Origin: the human T2T-CHM13v2.0 reference genome, Homo sapiens
Assembly (NCBI RefSeq): GCF_009914755.1
Contig: NC_060931.1
Strand: one strand, 5' to 3'
DNA: 64,000 bases
Shown: positions 32,141 to 45,689 of the stretch, one piece after another
Numbering within the stretch: position 1 is the stretch's first letter
Layout: each line of letters starts with the position of its first letter
The notes under the pieces: generated by a model
Seen by the model: only the letters and a program-made list of their open reading frames with translations
Database searches by the model: none
Told to the model about the DNA's origin: nothing
Made by a program: the position numbers and the translations under genes

Positions 32141-32431
32141 GTAGGTTTTTGAGCAAATTCAGTTGCACTAAGCATTTACTTGTAGCAAAAGCACTAGAAT
32201 GATTATACATTGAATGTGGAACATCCTTGAAAATAATTTATAAAGTCTTTACTTACAGTTGGTGTTAGGCCTTGAGGCTTATTAGAATACACAGAAACAG
32301 GGCTAAAGAATAACATGATATTTAATACACTGGTTGATTTATGAAGGCCATAAAGATTGGATAAATACGCAGATAAAATTGTCAGTAATAAACATCAATA
32401 TCAGCAGATTTGTAAATTATATGTATCTTGA

Positions 32432-32810
<379 letters not shown>

Positions 32811-33367
32811 CCTATTTTGAATTCTTAATATGTATTATTTATTCTTCTTAGAGGCTTTTAGGTGTATCCAGACTCGTTAAAATTACCCAATACACATCTG
32901 GGCACAGTGGCTGCTTTTTTGCTTTAACTACAATGGAGGAGGAAAAGACTTTCAGAAAGGTAACTGTGGGAATATAGAAACCAGAATTATAGAAAACTAT
33001 CCTTAAAGCAGTCCACGTTCCAGAGAGAATCCAGCTGGATTAGGTGCATTATGTAACTCTGTAGGGAATGTGCATAGGCTGGATGTAAGTTTAGTCATTT
33101 TAAGCACTTGTAATTTTAGTGGCAATTGAAATTGTTTTCTCTAAAGCAATATTCATATATTACTTTTATTAAAATGCTTCTGTAAAATTAAAATAAAACC
33201 ATCTGAAAATGTGTAATTATGTCCCTTTAACAGATTTTGGCTTTAGTATTTAGCAGCTTAATAACTGTGGAATGGCTGTGACATGAATCTGAATGAGTTT
33301 TCTGCAAGTTTTTTTTCTTTAGAATGGTTTACAAGTTATTATATCAATAAATATGTTAAATTTACAG

Positions 33368-33436
33368 ATGAAAATGGAAAAGGCTGCTAAGTGGAAAGGA
33401 AAAGCTCCATTGCCATCAGCTACAAAACCTTCATGA
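33368..33436 (+). CDS. FAM221A: FAM221A last coding exon (MKMEKAAKWKGKAPLPSATKPS*)
   Basis: tttacag| acceptor; TGA at 33434-33436; AT-rich 3'UTR follows. Confidence 0.9.
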   Translation: MKMEKAAKWKGKAPLPSATKPS

Positions 33437-33892
33437 AGACTATTGGAGAAATTAAAACCATCATCCAAGTATCTTTTTCATGTTTATTTAAATGTAATAA
33501 TACAGTTTATTTTTCCTGAAATTATTTACTTTTTTTTTTTACTGTATAAATGTCTTTTGGGATGTTTCCTTAATTTATTTAAATAACTAAAAATGCCTAT
33601 TACTTTTGTCAAAACTCATAATTTACTACTTTGTATGTACCTTTCTTTCTCCTGACAAATGAGGTTATTTTATATGAGTCTGTCTGAGAGTACAGTAAAT
33701 GTTTTTAGTACATAATAATTTAACTGTTTCAGGTATTTAAAAAATTAAAGATATTATCAAGGGTTTTGGACAAACATATGAGCCATTTTTTTGTCATTCA
33801 AAATAGTAAGTTAAAAACAAGAGAACAAAAGAAAAAAATAGTTAAAATCATTAATTTTTTTATTTTTCAAACTTTGTAATGTTATGTTTTCA

Positions 33893-33898
33893 AATAAA
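33893..33898 (+). terminator. Probable FAM221A proximal polyadenylation signal AATAAA
   Basis: AATAAA ~460 nt after the stop, with upstream TGTA and downstream T-rich tract. Confidence 0.7.
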
Positions 33899-33999
33899 AA
33901 CTATCTCAAAATTTTACAACCATTTTCTAGTGATATTACTGATTTTTTTTTTCAATCTTTCTCAGGCTGAAGATATCTACTGATTTTTACGTTGTGTTG

Positions 34000-36930
34000 T
34001 CAACCACCCATTGTCTATGACTGTACTGGACACATCTTGTGTGCCACTGCAAATCCTCTTGGCCCCGTTTCTTACTCCATTACTGCTGTGGAACACTTTC
34101 CAGCAGGCTTCTGATAGCGGAAGCCATTTGATGGCACCTTGTCTTGGGCGCATGTCATGGCTCTCTTGCTTCCTTCTGCAGGGATCTTCTGACACTGTGG
34201 CTTGGGATGCCCACTAGAACCCCACTGTATGATACATATGCAGCCCAAAGATGTTGGGGAGCTAGTGACTTTGGGGCCACTCTTGATTAATGGGAGGTGG
34301 AAGCCCAATACATAAGTGCTCTCCCGTCTGTTGGGAAGACAATTCTGAAATGCATTTCATAAACTTCCTCAGAAAGTCCTATCGTTGAGCTCCAGTCACC
34401 CATAGCAGTGGCCAACTCAATAATAATATATCCTTATCTTTCTTTTTTCCTTTTCCACTCCTCTACCCCTCCCTCTAGTTCCCTCAGATCACTTCCCAAA
34501 TAAACTACTTGTATAACAACACTTACAGGTATAAGAACATTTGTCTTAGGCTTTGCTTTTGGGCAAGGGATAAACTCAGGCTAAGATGGTTAGTACCAGG
34601 AATGGCCTTTGACAGCAAAGACTCAGGATAGTATCCTGTGACTGGATCAGTTACTGCAGTGGATTTGGATGAAGTGCAGGTGGGAGGTGAAGTGCTAGGT
34701 TATGCAGTCGCTGTGCCACTACAGTGAAATGGGACTAGTGGAAATTATAAAGATTAAGTATTCACTTGCTACTGTGAAATGCTTTAGGAGCTTTGAAAAA
34801 GAAAATGACACAGGCTCATGATAGCCATTTAACTCAAGGAATGCTGTGAAAGCCAGAGTCCCTCTGTAGCACTTTCAGGAAACTCATCTGCAGATGCAGG
34901 GCAGACTGTGCTGCCAATGAGGCCCAAATCTAATAGTAAAGGTGGCAGGGCTGCAGAGGAGACAGAATGCACAGCCTTGCTAGTCCCCAGCAAAGTCAGT
35001 GCTGACACAAAAACAGTGGAACCCTAAATCACAGGATGGGACATTTGTGTTGGTGAGCCTGAGAATCTTGAATCCTCAGGTTTCCATGAACTCTGAGCTG
35101 GCACAAGCCGTGTCCTCCAATTTTCTAGTGGAGAATAGCCTGCCCTTACCTTGAGATTCTGTAAAGGCTTTATCTGAGGCAGTTGCATCACAAGGTAACA
35201 CTTATCCTCCTCAAGATCCACCCTTGTTTCCTCTCATTGACTCCAAAGTAATAACTAGGATCAGGTCTTAGCAAACCCTAAGTTGGGGAATACAGTCCTT
35301 CCTCTAGGAGGATAGGTTTCACTCTGAATCAACTGCAGATTCTGGTTAAAATGTATTGGGAGGAACCCAGGAAACATGTCTGAGAGTAGATCTTGAGGAT
35401 ATTGAGTCAAGGGGTGGGGTGGAGGTGGAATATAAGGCTTGATAGGAGAGAGTGACATGGGAGCGCTCACTCATGATGCATGATTTAATTCCCTGGCAAG
35501 AATCTCTGGAGTTGCTCCTAACACAATGCAAGGATGGCATATAGAAGATATGATAGGCATGCTAGCAGTTATCTGACATAGTATTGAGGAAGCGGTCAGA
35601 AAGCTCAGGGATGTATTTGTTGTTTGAAACTGGAGAAGTTATCACCCGACTTTTCCCTGGGAGGGTCCAGATGATATTCATAACTAAGGCAAAAAAATAT
35701 ATAATGGTAGTCAGGTGCAGTGGATCACACCTGTAATCCCAGCACTTTGGGAGGCTGAAGTGAGAGGATTGCTTGAGCCCAGGAGTTCAAGACCAGCCTG
35801 GGCAACATAGTGAGAGCTCGTCTATACAGACACACACACACACACACACGGTGGGCATGGTGGTGCATGCCTGTAGTCCTAGCTTCTTGGGAGGCTGAGG
35901 TGGGAGGACTGCTTGAGCCAGGAGGTTGAGGCTGCAGTGATCCTTGATCATGCCAATACACTAGCCTGGGTGACAGAGTGAGATCCTGTCTCAAACAACA
36001 ACAAAGAGAAATGTAATGGTGAAGAGCATACTGGAAACTTTGAAAAGCTTGGCAATGGTTGATTGACCTCTACAGGCTAGAACTGATGATGGAAGATGCT
36101 GTCATGACAATGGGCTCTGTGGTATCAATGTAGATAGATGATGGGATGCTGAAATTTTGAAGGCCAAGTTGCAGAACTTAACTGTCAGGGGCCCAGTGGA
36201 CCTAATTAACTTAATGGGCACCTAGGCATGAATCTGTGAACAAGGTAAAGTTCATGATGTTCCAAGGGGCAAGACAGAAGGACAGCTGATTAGGATGTTA
36301 TTTGAGTTGTATAATTGACTTGTTATATAATGATGTTGATTGACTTGTATTATTTGACTCCTCTCACCCCTCAAAAAAGAAAATTGAGAATTGGCAAGGA
36401 GAAGGCTGACATCAATCTTGGTAATGAAAAACCATAGTTCCCCATCCAGTTTCCAGATCTAAAGCTCATGATGCAAGGGAAGGCCCAGATCCCCTCGAGG
36501 AAGGATCATCCAATATATTTGGTAAATATCCCCTTAATCCTTTCTCCAAGGGGCAGTCACGTACCATCATTTACCAAGGTAACTGTGCAATGGATAAAAA
36601 GGAATAGTCAGATTTTTTTTTCAACCAATGACTGTTGGATACAGTGCCTGACCTGACATGGATTCCAGAAGACCCAAAATACCATTGTGGTTCACTGGTT
36701 AGAGTAGGGAAGCTCAGTGACAAATGGCGTCCTGGCCAAAGTTAATCTCACAGAAGGTAAAATGGGTCTGGTCCCACTCTTTACTTCTACTCTCCCTATA
36801 TATACATAATTGAGATAGACATACTTTGAGGCTGACAGAGCCCTTGGACCTACACTGATGGCTCTTGCTTCTTGTCCCAGGGCTGTAGATGCTGTAGGAC
36901 AGACTTAATGACCTAGATGCTTCCCTTGAC
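34000..36930 (+). mobile_element. Ancient ERVL-class element: LTR16-like LTR (~34000-34590) followed by degraded internal sequence; + Alu inserted at ~35710-36005
   Basis: cccaaataaactacttg...tgtcttaggctttgcttttggg...ctaagat resembles the LTR16 3' end, followed by gttagtaccagg leader-like sequence. Confidence 0.55.
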
Positions 36931-36939
36931 CAATGGGTC

Positions 36940-39539
36940 ATGTCGACATAAAGTCAGTAAGGATATAGAAGACTTGAACAACAGTATTAACCAATTTCAC
37001 CTAATTGACATTTATAGAACACACTAACCAAGAACAGCAGAAAACACATTCTTTTTTTTTTTTAGTGCAAATGGAACATTTACTAAGATTGACCATATTT
37101 TAGGCCATAAAACAAGGCTCAATATTCTTAAGATGATTTAGATCTTAAAGTATATCCCCTGACCACAGTGGAATTAAATTATAAATCTATAACAAAGATA
37201 CATGGAAAAATCTCAAATGTTTGAAAATTATATAACACATGTAAATGATCCATGGGCCAAAGAAAAAAAGTCAAAATGGGAATAAAAGCACTTGTAATTG
37301 AAAGGCAATGAAAACACAACATCATATTTGTGGGATGCAGCTAAAGCAGTATGTAGAGGAAAATTTATAGCACCAAAATGCCTTCATCAGTAATGAAGAA
37401 AAATCTCAAATCAGCCCTTACCTTAAGTAACTAGAAAAATAAGAGAAAATGAAACTATAATAGATAGAAAAGGGAAAATAAGACCAGAGTATAAATTGAA
37501 ATAGAAAACAAAAGCAAGAGAGAAAATCAATAAAACCAATAAAATTTATAAACCTCTAGCCTGACTAATACGAGAGAGAGGGAGAGAAAGAGAGAGAGAG
37601 ATAGAGAGAGAAGGCACAAATTATCCATGTTAGGAATGAGAGTGGTGACATCACTATAGACTCTACAGACATTAAAAGGATACTAAGGGAATACTATAAA
37701 TAACTATGCCAATTACTTTGACAACTCAGATGAAATGGACAAATTCCTTAAAAAAACACTGTGTTGTAAGTCCCCTTTGTGGGATATTTAAAGATCATTC
37801 CAGTTTGGCCATGGAAATTCCAGAGAGGCATATAAAATTAAAGACGTCATTATACTCATTTGTTCTAGAAAAGGGAGGCATGACATGCCACATGGGGGCT
37901 ACATATAAGGTTTGAACGCCAAGGGAGCATGCTCGAGCTTAGAGAGAGTGAGGACCCATGGGCAAGTGCCTTTACTGGGGGTCAGAGCAGAGTACACAAG
38001 AAAACCTGGGAAGGGATTTCATTGGTGCTTTTTGAATGTCATTAGGTCACAGTCGGGACGTGGCAGGAAATAGCCTATCACCCTGGTACACCTGGTCACT
38101 TGGGCAGGGTGGTTATAGCCTATTTGTGGGGATATTGAGGCACCAGGAAAATATAAAGTTAAAAAAATTACAATATAGACACAACTATCAAGCTCATTAA
38201 ATACTAAATGGGTAACATGATTAGCCCTATATCTATTAAAGAAATTGAATTTGTAGTTAAAAACCTTACCACAAAGAAAATTCTAGATGGCTAGAATGTG
38301 CACTAGAGGAAATGATGCCTAGATGGCTAGATGGCCGCACAGTGAATTTCACCAAGCCTTAAAGGAACAAAGAATATCAATTCTATAAGACTCTTCCAGA
38401 AAACTGAAGTTGGGAATTCTTTGCAACTTATTCTATATGGCCAGCATCACTCTGATATCAAAACCAGACAAAGCCATTATGAGAAGAGAAAATTTCAGAC
38501 CAATATTCCTCTTGAACATAGATGCAAAAATTCTTAACAATTTTAGCAAACCTAATAAGACAATATATAAAAAGGATAATACATCATGACCAAGTGAATT
38601 TTATCCAAGAAATGTAAGGTTGGTATAACATTTGAAAATTAATTGATGTAATTCATCATATTAATAAACTAAAAAAGAACCACATGATCATTTCAATAGA
38701 TATGAAAAGAAGTATTTGACAAAATTCAACACACATTCATGATAAAAATTTTCAGCAAACTCAGGATAGAAAGTAACTTCCTTAATCTATTAAAGGTATC
38801 TACTATAAACCCACAGCAAACATCATACTTAATGGTGAAAGGAAAATGCTTTCCTCTTAAGAATAGGAACATGGCAAGGGTGTCTGCTCTCAGCACTTAT
38901 TTTCAGCATTACACTGAAGGATCTAGCCACTGCAATACGGCAAGATAAAAATAAATAAAAGACTTCCAGATTGTAAAGGAGAAAGTAAAAACAGCCTTTA
39001 TTTGCATAAGACATGATCATCTATGTAGATAATCCTGTTAAATTTATTTTAAAAACTATCACTAGAAATAGGCTAGACTCAGTGTCTAATACCGGCACTT
39101 TGGGAGACTGAGGCAGGAGGCTTGCTTAAGCCCGGGAGCTCAAGGCTGCAATGACCTGTGATAGCACCGCAGCTCTCTCATCTGGGTGACAGAGCGAGAC
39201 CCTGTCTTACACACACACACCCACCCACAAAAAAACTATCACAGAAATAATACACAATATACTAAAGTTATATTTCTATATACTAGCAACAAAACAAACA
39301 AGTTGAAATTAAGAAAATAATACAATTTACAACGGCATGAAAAATGAAATTCTTAGGGATAAATCAGACAAAAGTAAAACTTTTATAATGAAAAGCATAA
39401 AACATCACTCAGCGAGATAAAATAAGACCTAAATAAATATACTGTGCTCATGGATCAGAAGACTCAATATAGCTAAGATGTCCATTCTCCTCAAATTGGT
39501 GTATACATTCAATGTGATCCCAATCAAAATCACAGCAGG

Positions 39540-39583
<44 letters not shown>

Positions 39584-40960
39584 GCTGACAAATTGCTTCT
39601 ACGATCGCATGAAATAAAACTACCGTAATTAAGACAGTGTGGTATTAGTCTAAAGAAAGCAAATAGATCAGTGTAACAGAACAGAGAATCCAGAAATAGA
39701 CTTGCGTATGTATGGTTAATTGATCTCTGACAATAGTGCAAAGACAATTCAATAGACAAATGACAGTGTTTTAAACAAATGATGCTGGAAAAATTAGATA
39801 TCCATATGCAATAAAATAAAATTTGATTGTTTCACATGTTATAAAAATAAACTCAAAAAGGACTATATATCAAAATGTAAAGCTTGAACATGTAAAATTT
39901 CTGGAAGAAAATATAGAAGAAAACTTTTGTGAACCAGGCTAGTCGGAGATTCCTTACATACAACACAAAAGCATGAACCATAAGACAAAACCGATAAATT
40001 AGACTTTATTGAAATTAAAAACTTTTGTTCTTTGAAGTACCCTTTTTAGAAAACAAAAAGACAGCTGTAGACTGGGAGAAAATATTTTCAAACCTGAAGG
40101 AGTTTTATCCACAGTATATAAAGAACTGTCAAAACTCAATAATAAATTCAGTTAGAAAACAGGAAAAAGCTTGGACACCTCATTTAGGAAGATCTGGATG
40201 GAAAATAAACATAAGAAAAGTTTCTCAACATTTTTAGTTAGTAGAGAAATAAATGCAAATTAAAATCACAAGGAGATACCACTTTAAACGTTTATACATG
40301 AATGTTTAAACTTAAAAACACAAACCATATCAAATGATGGTGAGGATATAGAGCAACTAGAACTCTGAAACCCGCTGGTGGGAATATAAAATAGTACAAC
40401 TGTGTAAAACTATGCGGCAATTTTTTAAGCACATATACAATTCTATGACTTGGCCATTCCACTCCTAGGTACTAACCCATGAGATATGAAAACATATGTC
40501 CATACAAAGACTTGCACACAATAGCAGCTTTATTTGAAACAATTCAAAACTGGAAGCAGTCCAAACACCTATTAAAAGGTAGATAAACAAATTGTGTTAT
40601 ATTCATGCAGTGGAATAGTAACAGCAATAAAACCCAACAAACTCTTGACACATAGGACGAAATTTATCAATCAAAATAATTATGCTATTGGAAAGAAGCT
40701 AGATTAAATGTTCATACTGTATGATTCTATTATCGTAAAATTCTAGAAAATGCAAACTAATATATGGTGACAGAAAGCAGAACGGGAGCTGGGAGGAGTC
40801 AGGTATTACAACCGGGCATGAGGAAACTTTGAGGTGATGGAAAAGTTTATCTTAATTGTGGAGGTGATTTCAACAGTGTATACATATGTTCACCCTTAAC
40901 AAATTATGCACTTTTGATATCTGCAGTTTATTGTACTTTAACCTTCAAGCTGTTAAAAAT
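36940..40960 (+). mobile_element. Old L1M (ORF2 remnant to 3'UTR) with internal insertions (~37760-38175 LTR-like; ~39070-39210 Alu monomer; (TG)n 39543-39578)
   Basis: L1 ORF2-like nucleotide stretches (gacttgaacaacagtattaacc..., aacatagatgcaaaaattcttaac..., ccattccactcctagg). Confidence 0.8.
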
Positions 40961-41224
40961 TAACCGGAGATAATTTTCAATTGTTGTGTAAGGTTTGCCA
41001 CAAAGTGTAATATCTGCAAAGAAGCAGACAACTAATTTTTTCTTCTTAAGATTGTGGAAAAAGTTGTAATACTACAGAGAGCTGTGGAATCTAAGGATTA
41101 GTTGACCAACGCTTGTAAAGCTACCAATCTGAAAAACACATTTTCAGTTACCAAAGTTATTTTCTCTCTTCCATCGTGTAAATAGAATGTCGGGGTTCTT
41201 CTAATTTGGGTGTTTCTAAAATTT

Positions 41225-41870
41225 AAATCCACGTGAACAGATTAGGAAAGACCACGAAATCCTACGTCACCTCTAAAGTCACAGCTTGAAGCCTTGCGAA
41301 AGGAACTGGCCCTAGACCCCACCCCGGCCTATAAATCACCAGGGCGCAGCCTCAGTGCCTGGGGGTCGGCAGCAGCCAGCGTCAGGCGGCTCCCGCACGC
41401 TTCTTCCTAGGCGGCAGGCCGTGGCTGCCACGTGACTCCCGCTAACACCGGATGATGGCGCAGCGCTGTGCACGCAGGCGCAGTGTGGGGCCCTTGCGGT
41501 CGAAGCTCACGCGGTAAGCCGCTGCACGTGTGCTACGGCGGGCGGAGGGCCGAAAGTCCAGTATGTGGGTCCAGGGTCACTCTTCTAGAGCTTCCGCAAC
41601 GGAAAGTGTGAGGTCAGTAGTAGTTTTTGTGGTACGTGCAGTGGTGGCCGCTTCAAGGACTATTTTCGTCGCTGCTTGCGTTTTAAGTCTCCAATCCTGG
41701 GACGAGGCCCATTTCAGGGTTTTCTGTCACCTTCTAGCCGCCCGCCACCCCAGAGGGGTGCCAGATGCCCCAGTTTTTGAGTGCATGCAGGCAGGCGAAA
41801 GTGGCTCGAAAAGACCTCCGGCCTGAATGATCTCCATGAAGACGCGGTCACGCAGCCTCCACACTCTCTT
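41225..41870 (+). promoter_or_regulatory. STK31 CpG-rich promoter: CACGTG x3 (41230, 41429, 41525), TCCCGC x2 (41391, 41437), CRE half-site (41264), TATAAA (41330), NRF1-like site (41471-41482)
   Basis: Motifs read directly; local CpG enrichment around exon 1. Confidence 0.75.
41563..41612 (+). CDS. STK31: STK31 coding exon 1
   Basis: agtATGt; donor AG|gtcagt; phase 2. Confidence 0.9.
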
Positions 41871-42439
41871 CCCCTTCTCGAAAATTCTGTGCCATTTAAG
41901 TTTCAAAATCCCTTATAAAATAAGTGTTAGAGAGCTACGTGTACCCGTTTCTTCCAAATTTTCATCACGAAGTGGAGATTTGGACGTACTATTTTGTGAT
42001 CTCTGTTTGCAGAAAGTGGGTACGGCATCAGTGCCTTCATAATCAGGGCAAGTCATTTTAAAATAAGATTTAAAAACTACTCTAGAAGTAGCTTCTTGGA
42101 GTGTGTGGAGAGATTTCCAAAGTAATTTTAACTTTTACTGAATTTAAGCCTTAATGCTTTCCGTGGGAATATATAGTCTTCCTAAAAGTTATTACAGCTT
42201 TTCAGTCAGTTGAATTTAAAAACTGCTTTTTGACCAGTAGAAAAGAACCCTTGCTTTGGAGACATTTTCATGCCACTTACGAAAAATTTTTTTAAAAAAT
42301 TAAGTTGTGACAAAGTAATCCATTTTTAAAATTTTATTTTTCTGTGATGAGGAGTTAATGTTTTCCTTTTCATAATGAGAGAGCATTTGAAACTTTAGTA
42401 TAGTGGTGTTCCTAGACAACTTTTAAAGCTCTTAAAAAA

Positions 42440-42720
42440 TTGCGGTGGCTTAGGCCTGTAATCCCGGCACTTTGAGAGGCCGAGGTGGGCAAATCACAAG
42501 GTCAGGAGTTCAAGACCAGCCTGGCCAACATGGTGAAACCCCGTCTCTACTAAAAATACAAAAATTAGCTGGACGTGGTGTCACGCGCCGGTAATCTCAG
42601 CTACTTGGGAGGGTGAGGCAGGAGAATTGCTTGAACCCGGGGGGTGGAGGTTGCAGTGAGCTAAGATCTCCAGCCTGAGCGACAGAGCAAGACTTCGTTT
42701 GGGGGGAAAAAAAAAAAAAC
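42440..42720 (+). mobile_element. Alu
   Basis: Alu consensus with small deletion and A tail. Confidence 0.85.
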
Positions 42721-43374
42721 CATAAAAAATCTGTGTTTTAATTTTCCTTCAACACTTATGAATGGAAAGTGCAGTATTTTAGTATATTACAGATAAAATT
42801 ACATAGTGTACATTTATTTTGGAATATTTTTGCATTTGATAAAGTATAATATTATGTAATTAAAATTATTTTTGAAGTAATAGGCAAAATTTTAGGTATT
42901 TTTGCAGTCTTTAATCCCACGGAATCTTCAAAAATAGTAACCACCGTGCCTTTTACATAAAATAGACTACCAGTTTAAAGCATTTGTTCTATTACTTGTA
43001 ATGTTTCTCTTTGTTTACATTGTGGAAGTCCTTTTTATGGGAGGATATTTTCTAAAAAAAGAATATGTACATTGTTTCAAAGTATTGATTTATGTAAGTG
43101 ATCAAAATGTATATGAGTTCAGTATAAGTTTGTAAAAGTTTGGCTAGAGATAATTTTAAGGATAGAGATTATATATGATAAAATTGCATCTACTACAAAA
43201 TACTCAAAAGAATTAGTTAGTGAAGGAAATATTGAGCTCATTTTTAATATAGAGTTTGAATTTTGATAACTGCATTTAGGACAAAACATTTGTAAGAATT
43301 GAACATGATGTAGTTTAGTCTTCATTCATTATTAATGGTGGATTATTGTAATCTAATTTAAGGTATTGTTCTAG

Positions 43375-43421
43375 TTTTTCAGGAATTGTTCAGATGGATG
43401 AAGATACACATTACGATAAAG
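43375..43421 (+). CDS. STK31: STK31 coding exon 2 (FSGIVQMDEDTHYDK)
   Basis: ttgttctag| acceptor; G|gtactg donor; 47 nt. Confidence 0.88.
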
Positions 43422-43509
43422 GTACTGACACTAAAAATTATTTTGGGGTGTAAGAGCTAGATGATACTGATTAATTTCTAATTTTCCTTGTATTGTGATT
43501 TGATTTTAG

Positions 43510-43562
43510 TGGAAGATGTGGTTGGAAGTCACATAGAAGATGCAGTAACATTTTGGGCCCAG
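43510..43562 (+). CDS. STK31: STK31 coding exon 3 (EDVVGSHIEDAVTFWAQ)
   Basis: 88-nt intron 2; ttttag| acceptor; CAG|gtaaat donor. Confidence 0.9.
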
Positions 43563-44327
43563 GTAAATAGCAAACTGGTTGATATCCCCCCTCACCTCCC
43601 CCAATCCAGTTCCTCCCCAACAAAAACAAAAATAAAACCCAGGAATAAATACATTTGTCATTCTCATTGCCTAATATTTATTGAATTATTTATCACCAGG
43701 CATTATTAGGAGACAAATGTTGACAGCTGTGATGTTACTTGACTCATTATGAGTCAAGTGTTATGCCCATAATACACCAAGTTTGAAAAAAGAAAATTGG
43801 CAAGATTGTGATTTCAGAATTCCACTCAATTCTAGGCTGCTTTTGCTGGATTCTGAGAGCCTGTTGTATTTGTGAAGTTATAGCCCCATCTAGGGGTCTT
43901 TTATAAGATTGTTTCTTGAAGGAGGATAAGTTAAAAATCTCGGTCGTTTTTTCTAATGGCTTAAATTTGAGATGTGGTATTTTTCTCATTATAGAATTGG
44001 AAGCATGAATGAAACATTTCTGATTTTCTGTTGGGAGGGTGTCAGTTAGGTAAGGTTACTCAGTTTTAAATACAAAGCAAGCACTGAAGGGCTGTGTTCC
44101 ACAATTTAAGAAGGTAAATTCCTCTGATGCACAGAACGACCTGCTAATTTTTGGTTTTGTAAACTATACATGATACGGAAGGGAAAGAAATTACGTTTCT
44201 CTATACTCCCTACAGCATGGGAACTCCTTTTGGTGGGGGGTGAGGTGAACTCGTAATGTGGGAAATAAGGAGAATATATGAGAAGAAAGTTCTAGAAGAA
44301 TATGATTAACCCAGAGTTCTTAAATAT

Positions 44328-45430
44328 ATAGTCATGCATCACTTAATGACTGGGATACATACAGAGAAATGCATCATTAGGCAACTGCGTCGCTGTATGA
44401 ACATCATAGAATGTACTTAGAGAAACCTGGATGATATAGCCTACCACATACCTAGGCCATGTGGTGTACCTGTACCTCATGTTACTGTACTGAATGCTGC
44501 AGACAATTGTAACACAATATTAAGTCTTTATGTATCTAAACATGAAGGTACAGTAAAAACATATTATAAAAGATTAAAAAGTGGTACACCTGTATAGGGC
44601 ACTCACCATGAATGGAGCTTGCAGGATTAGAAATTGCTTTGGGTGAGTCATTGAGTGAGTAGTGAGGAATGTGAAGTCCTGGGACATTACTGTACACTAC
44701 TGTATACTTTATAAATACCATACACTTAGGCTACACTAAATTTATAAAAATATTTTTCTTCAATAAACCTTAGCTTACTGTAACTTTTAATAAACTTTTG
44801 ACTCATTTGTAGTAACACAGCTTAAAACAAACATTGTAGAGCTGTGCAAAAATATTCTTTACGTCCTTATTCTAAAGCTTTCTTCTCTTTTTAAACTTTT
44901 AATTTTTTTTTACTTTAAAAACTTTTTGGTTAAAAACGAAGACAAGATCTTCAATATCACTGTCTTTCACTTCCGCTTCTTGTCCTACTAGAAGGTCTTC
45001 AGGGTCAGTAATGTGCATGGAGCTGTCATCTTCTGTAATAAAAATGCCCTTTTGGAATACCTTCAGAAGGACTTGAGGTGGCTGTACAGTTAACTTTTTT
45101 AAATAAGTAGGAGTACACTAAAATAAGAAAAATTATAGTAAAAAAATATATATATATACACACACACCAGTGACATAGTTATTTTCATTACCAAGTATTA
45201 TGTACTGTACATAATTGTATGTGCTGTGCTTTTGTGAGACTGGGGCACGGTAGGTTTACACCAGCATCACCACAAATATGTGAGTAATGCATTGTTCTAT
45301 GATGTTACAATGGCTAGGACTACACTAGGCAATAGGAATTTTTCAGCTTCATTATAATCTTACGGGACTACTGTAGTGTGTGTGGTTCATTCTTTGACCA
45401 CAATGTCACTATGTGGGGCATGGCTGCATG
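44328..45430. mobile_element. Tigger3 (Golem)-like DNA transposon
   Basis: tagtcatgcatcacttaatgactgggatac... to ...ggcatggctg termini; homologous to 27262-27950. Confidence 0.75.
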
Positions 45431-45689
45431 TAAAAAAAAATTGTAGAAGGGTGATGTTATAGAAAACTTGGGGCAAATTCGTGTGTCTGCTTATGCACAT
45501 ATATTTGGCAAATTTGTTTCTGCTTATGCATATTCTCTAAAGGTTGCTCACACGTTCTGGTTCCATGCCCATTGTCTCTGTATTAGTGACAACTGCATCA
45601 CTCTCAACAGTGTCCCAGGGTGGATGATAAATTATATTTAAGCTTATTATACAGAAACATCATTTATCAGTGTAAAAAGATTTTCTAGA

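Noticed and set aside
34590-36930. Coding potential of the ERVL internal region
   Set aside because: Only short broken ORFs, with no recognisable gag or pol motifs
41530-41826. 98-aa ORF over STK31 exon 1
   Set aside because: Non-ATG start and read-through into intron 1; the real frame leaves at the 41612 donor
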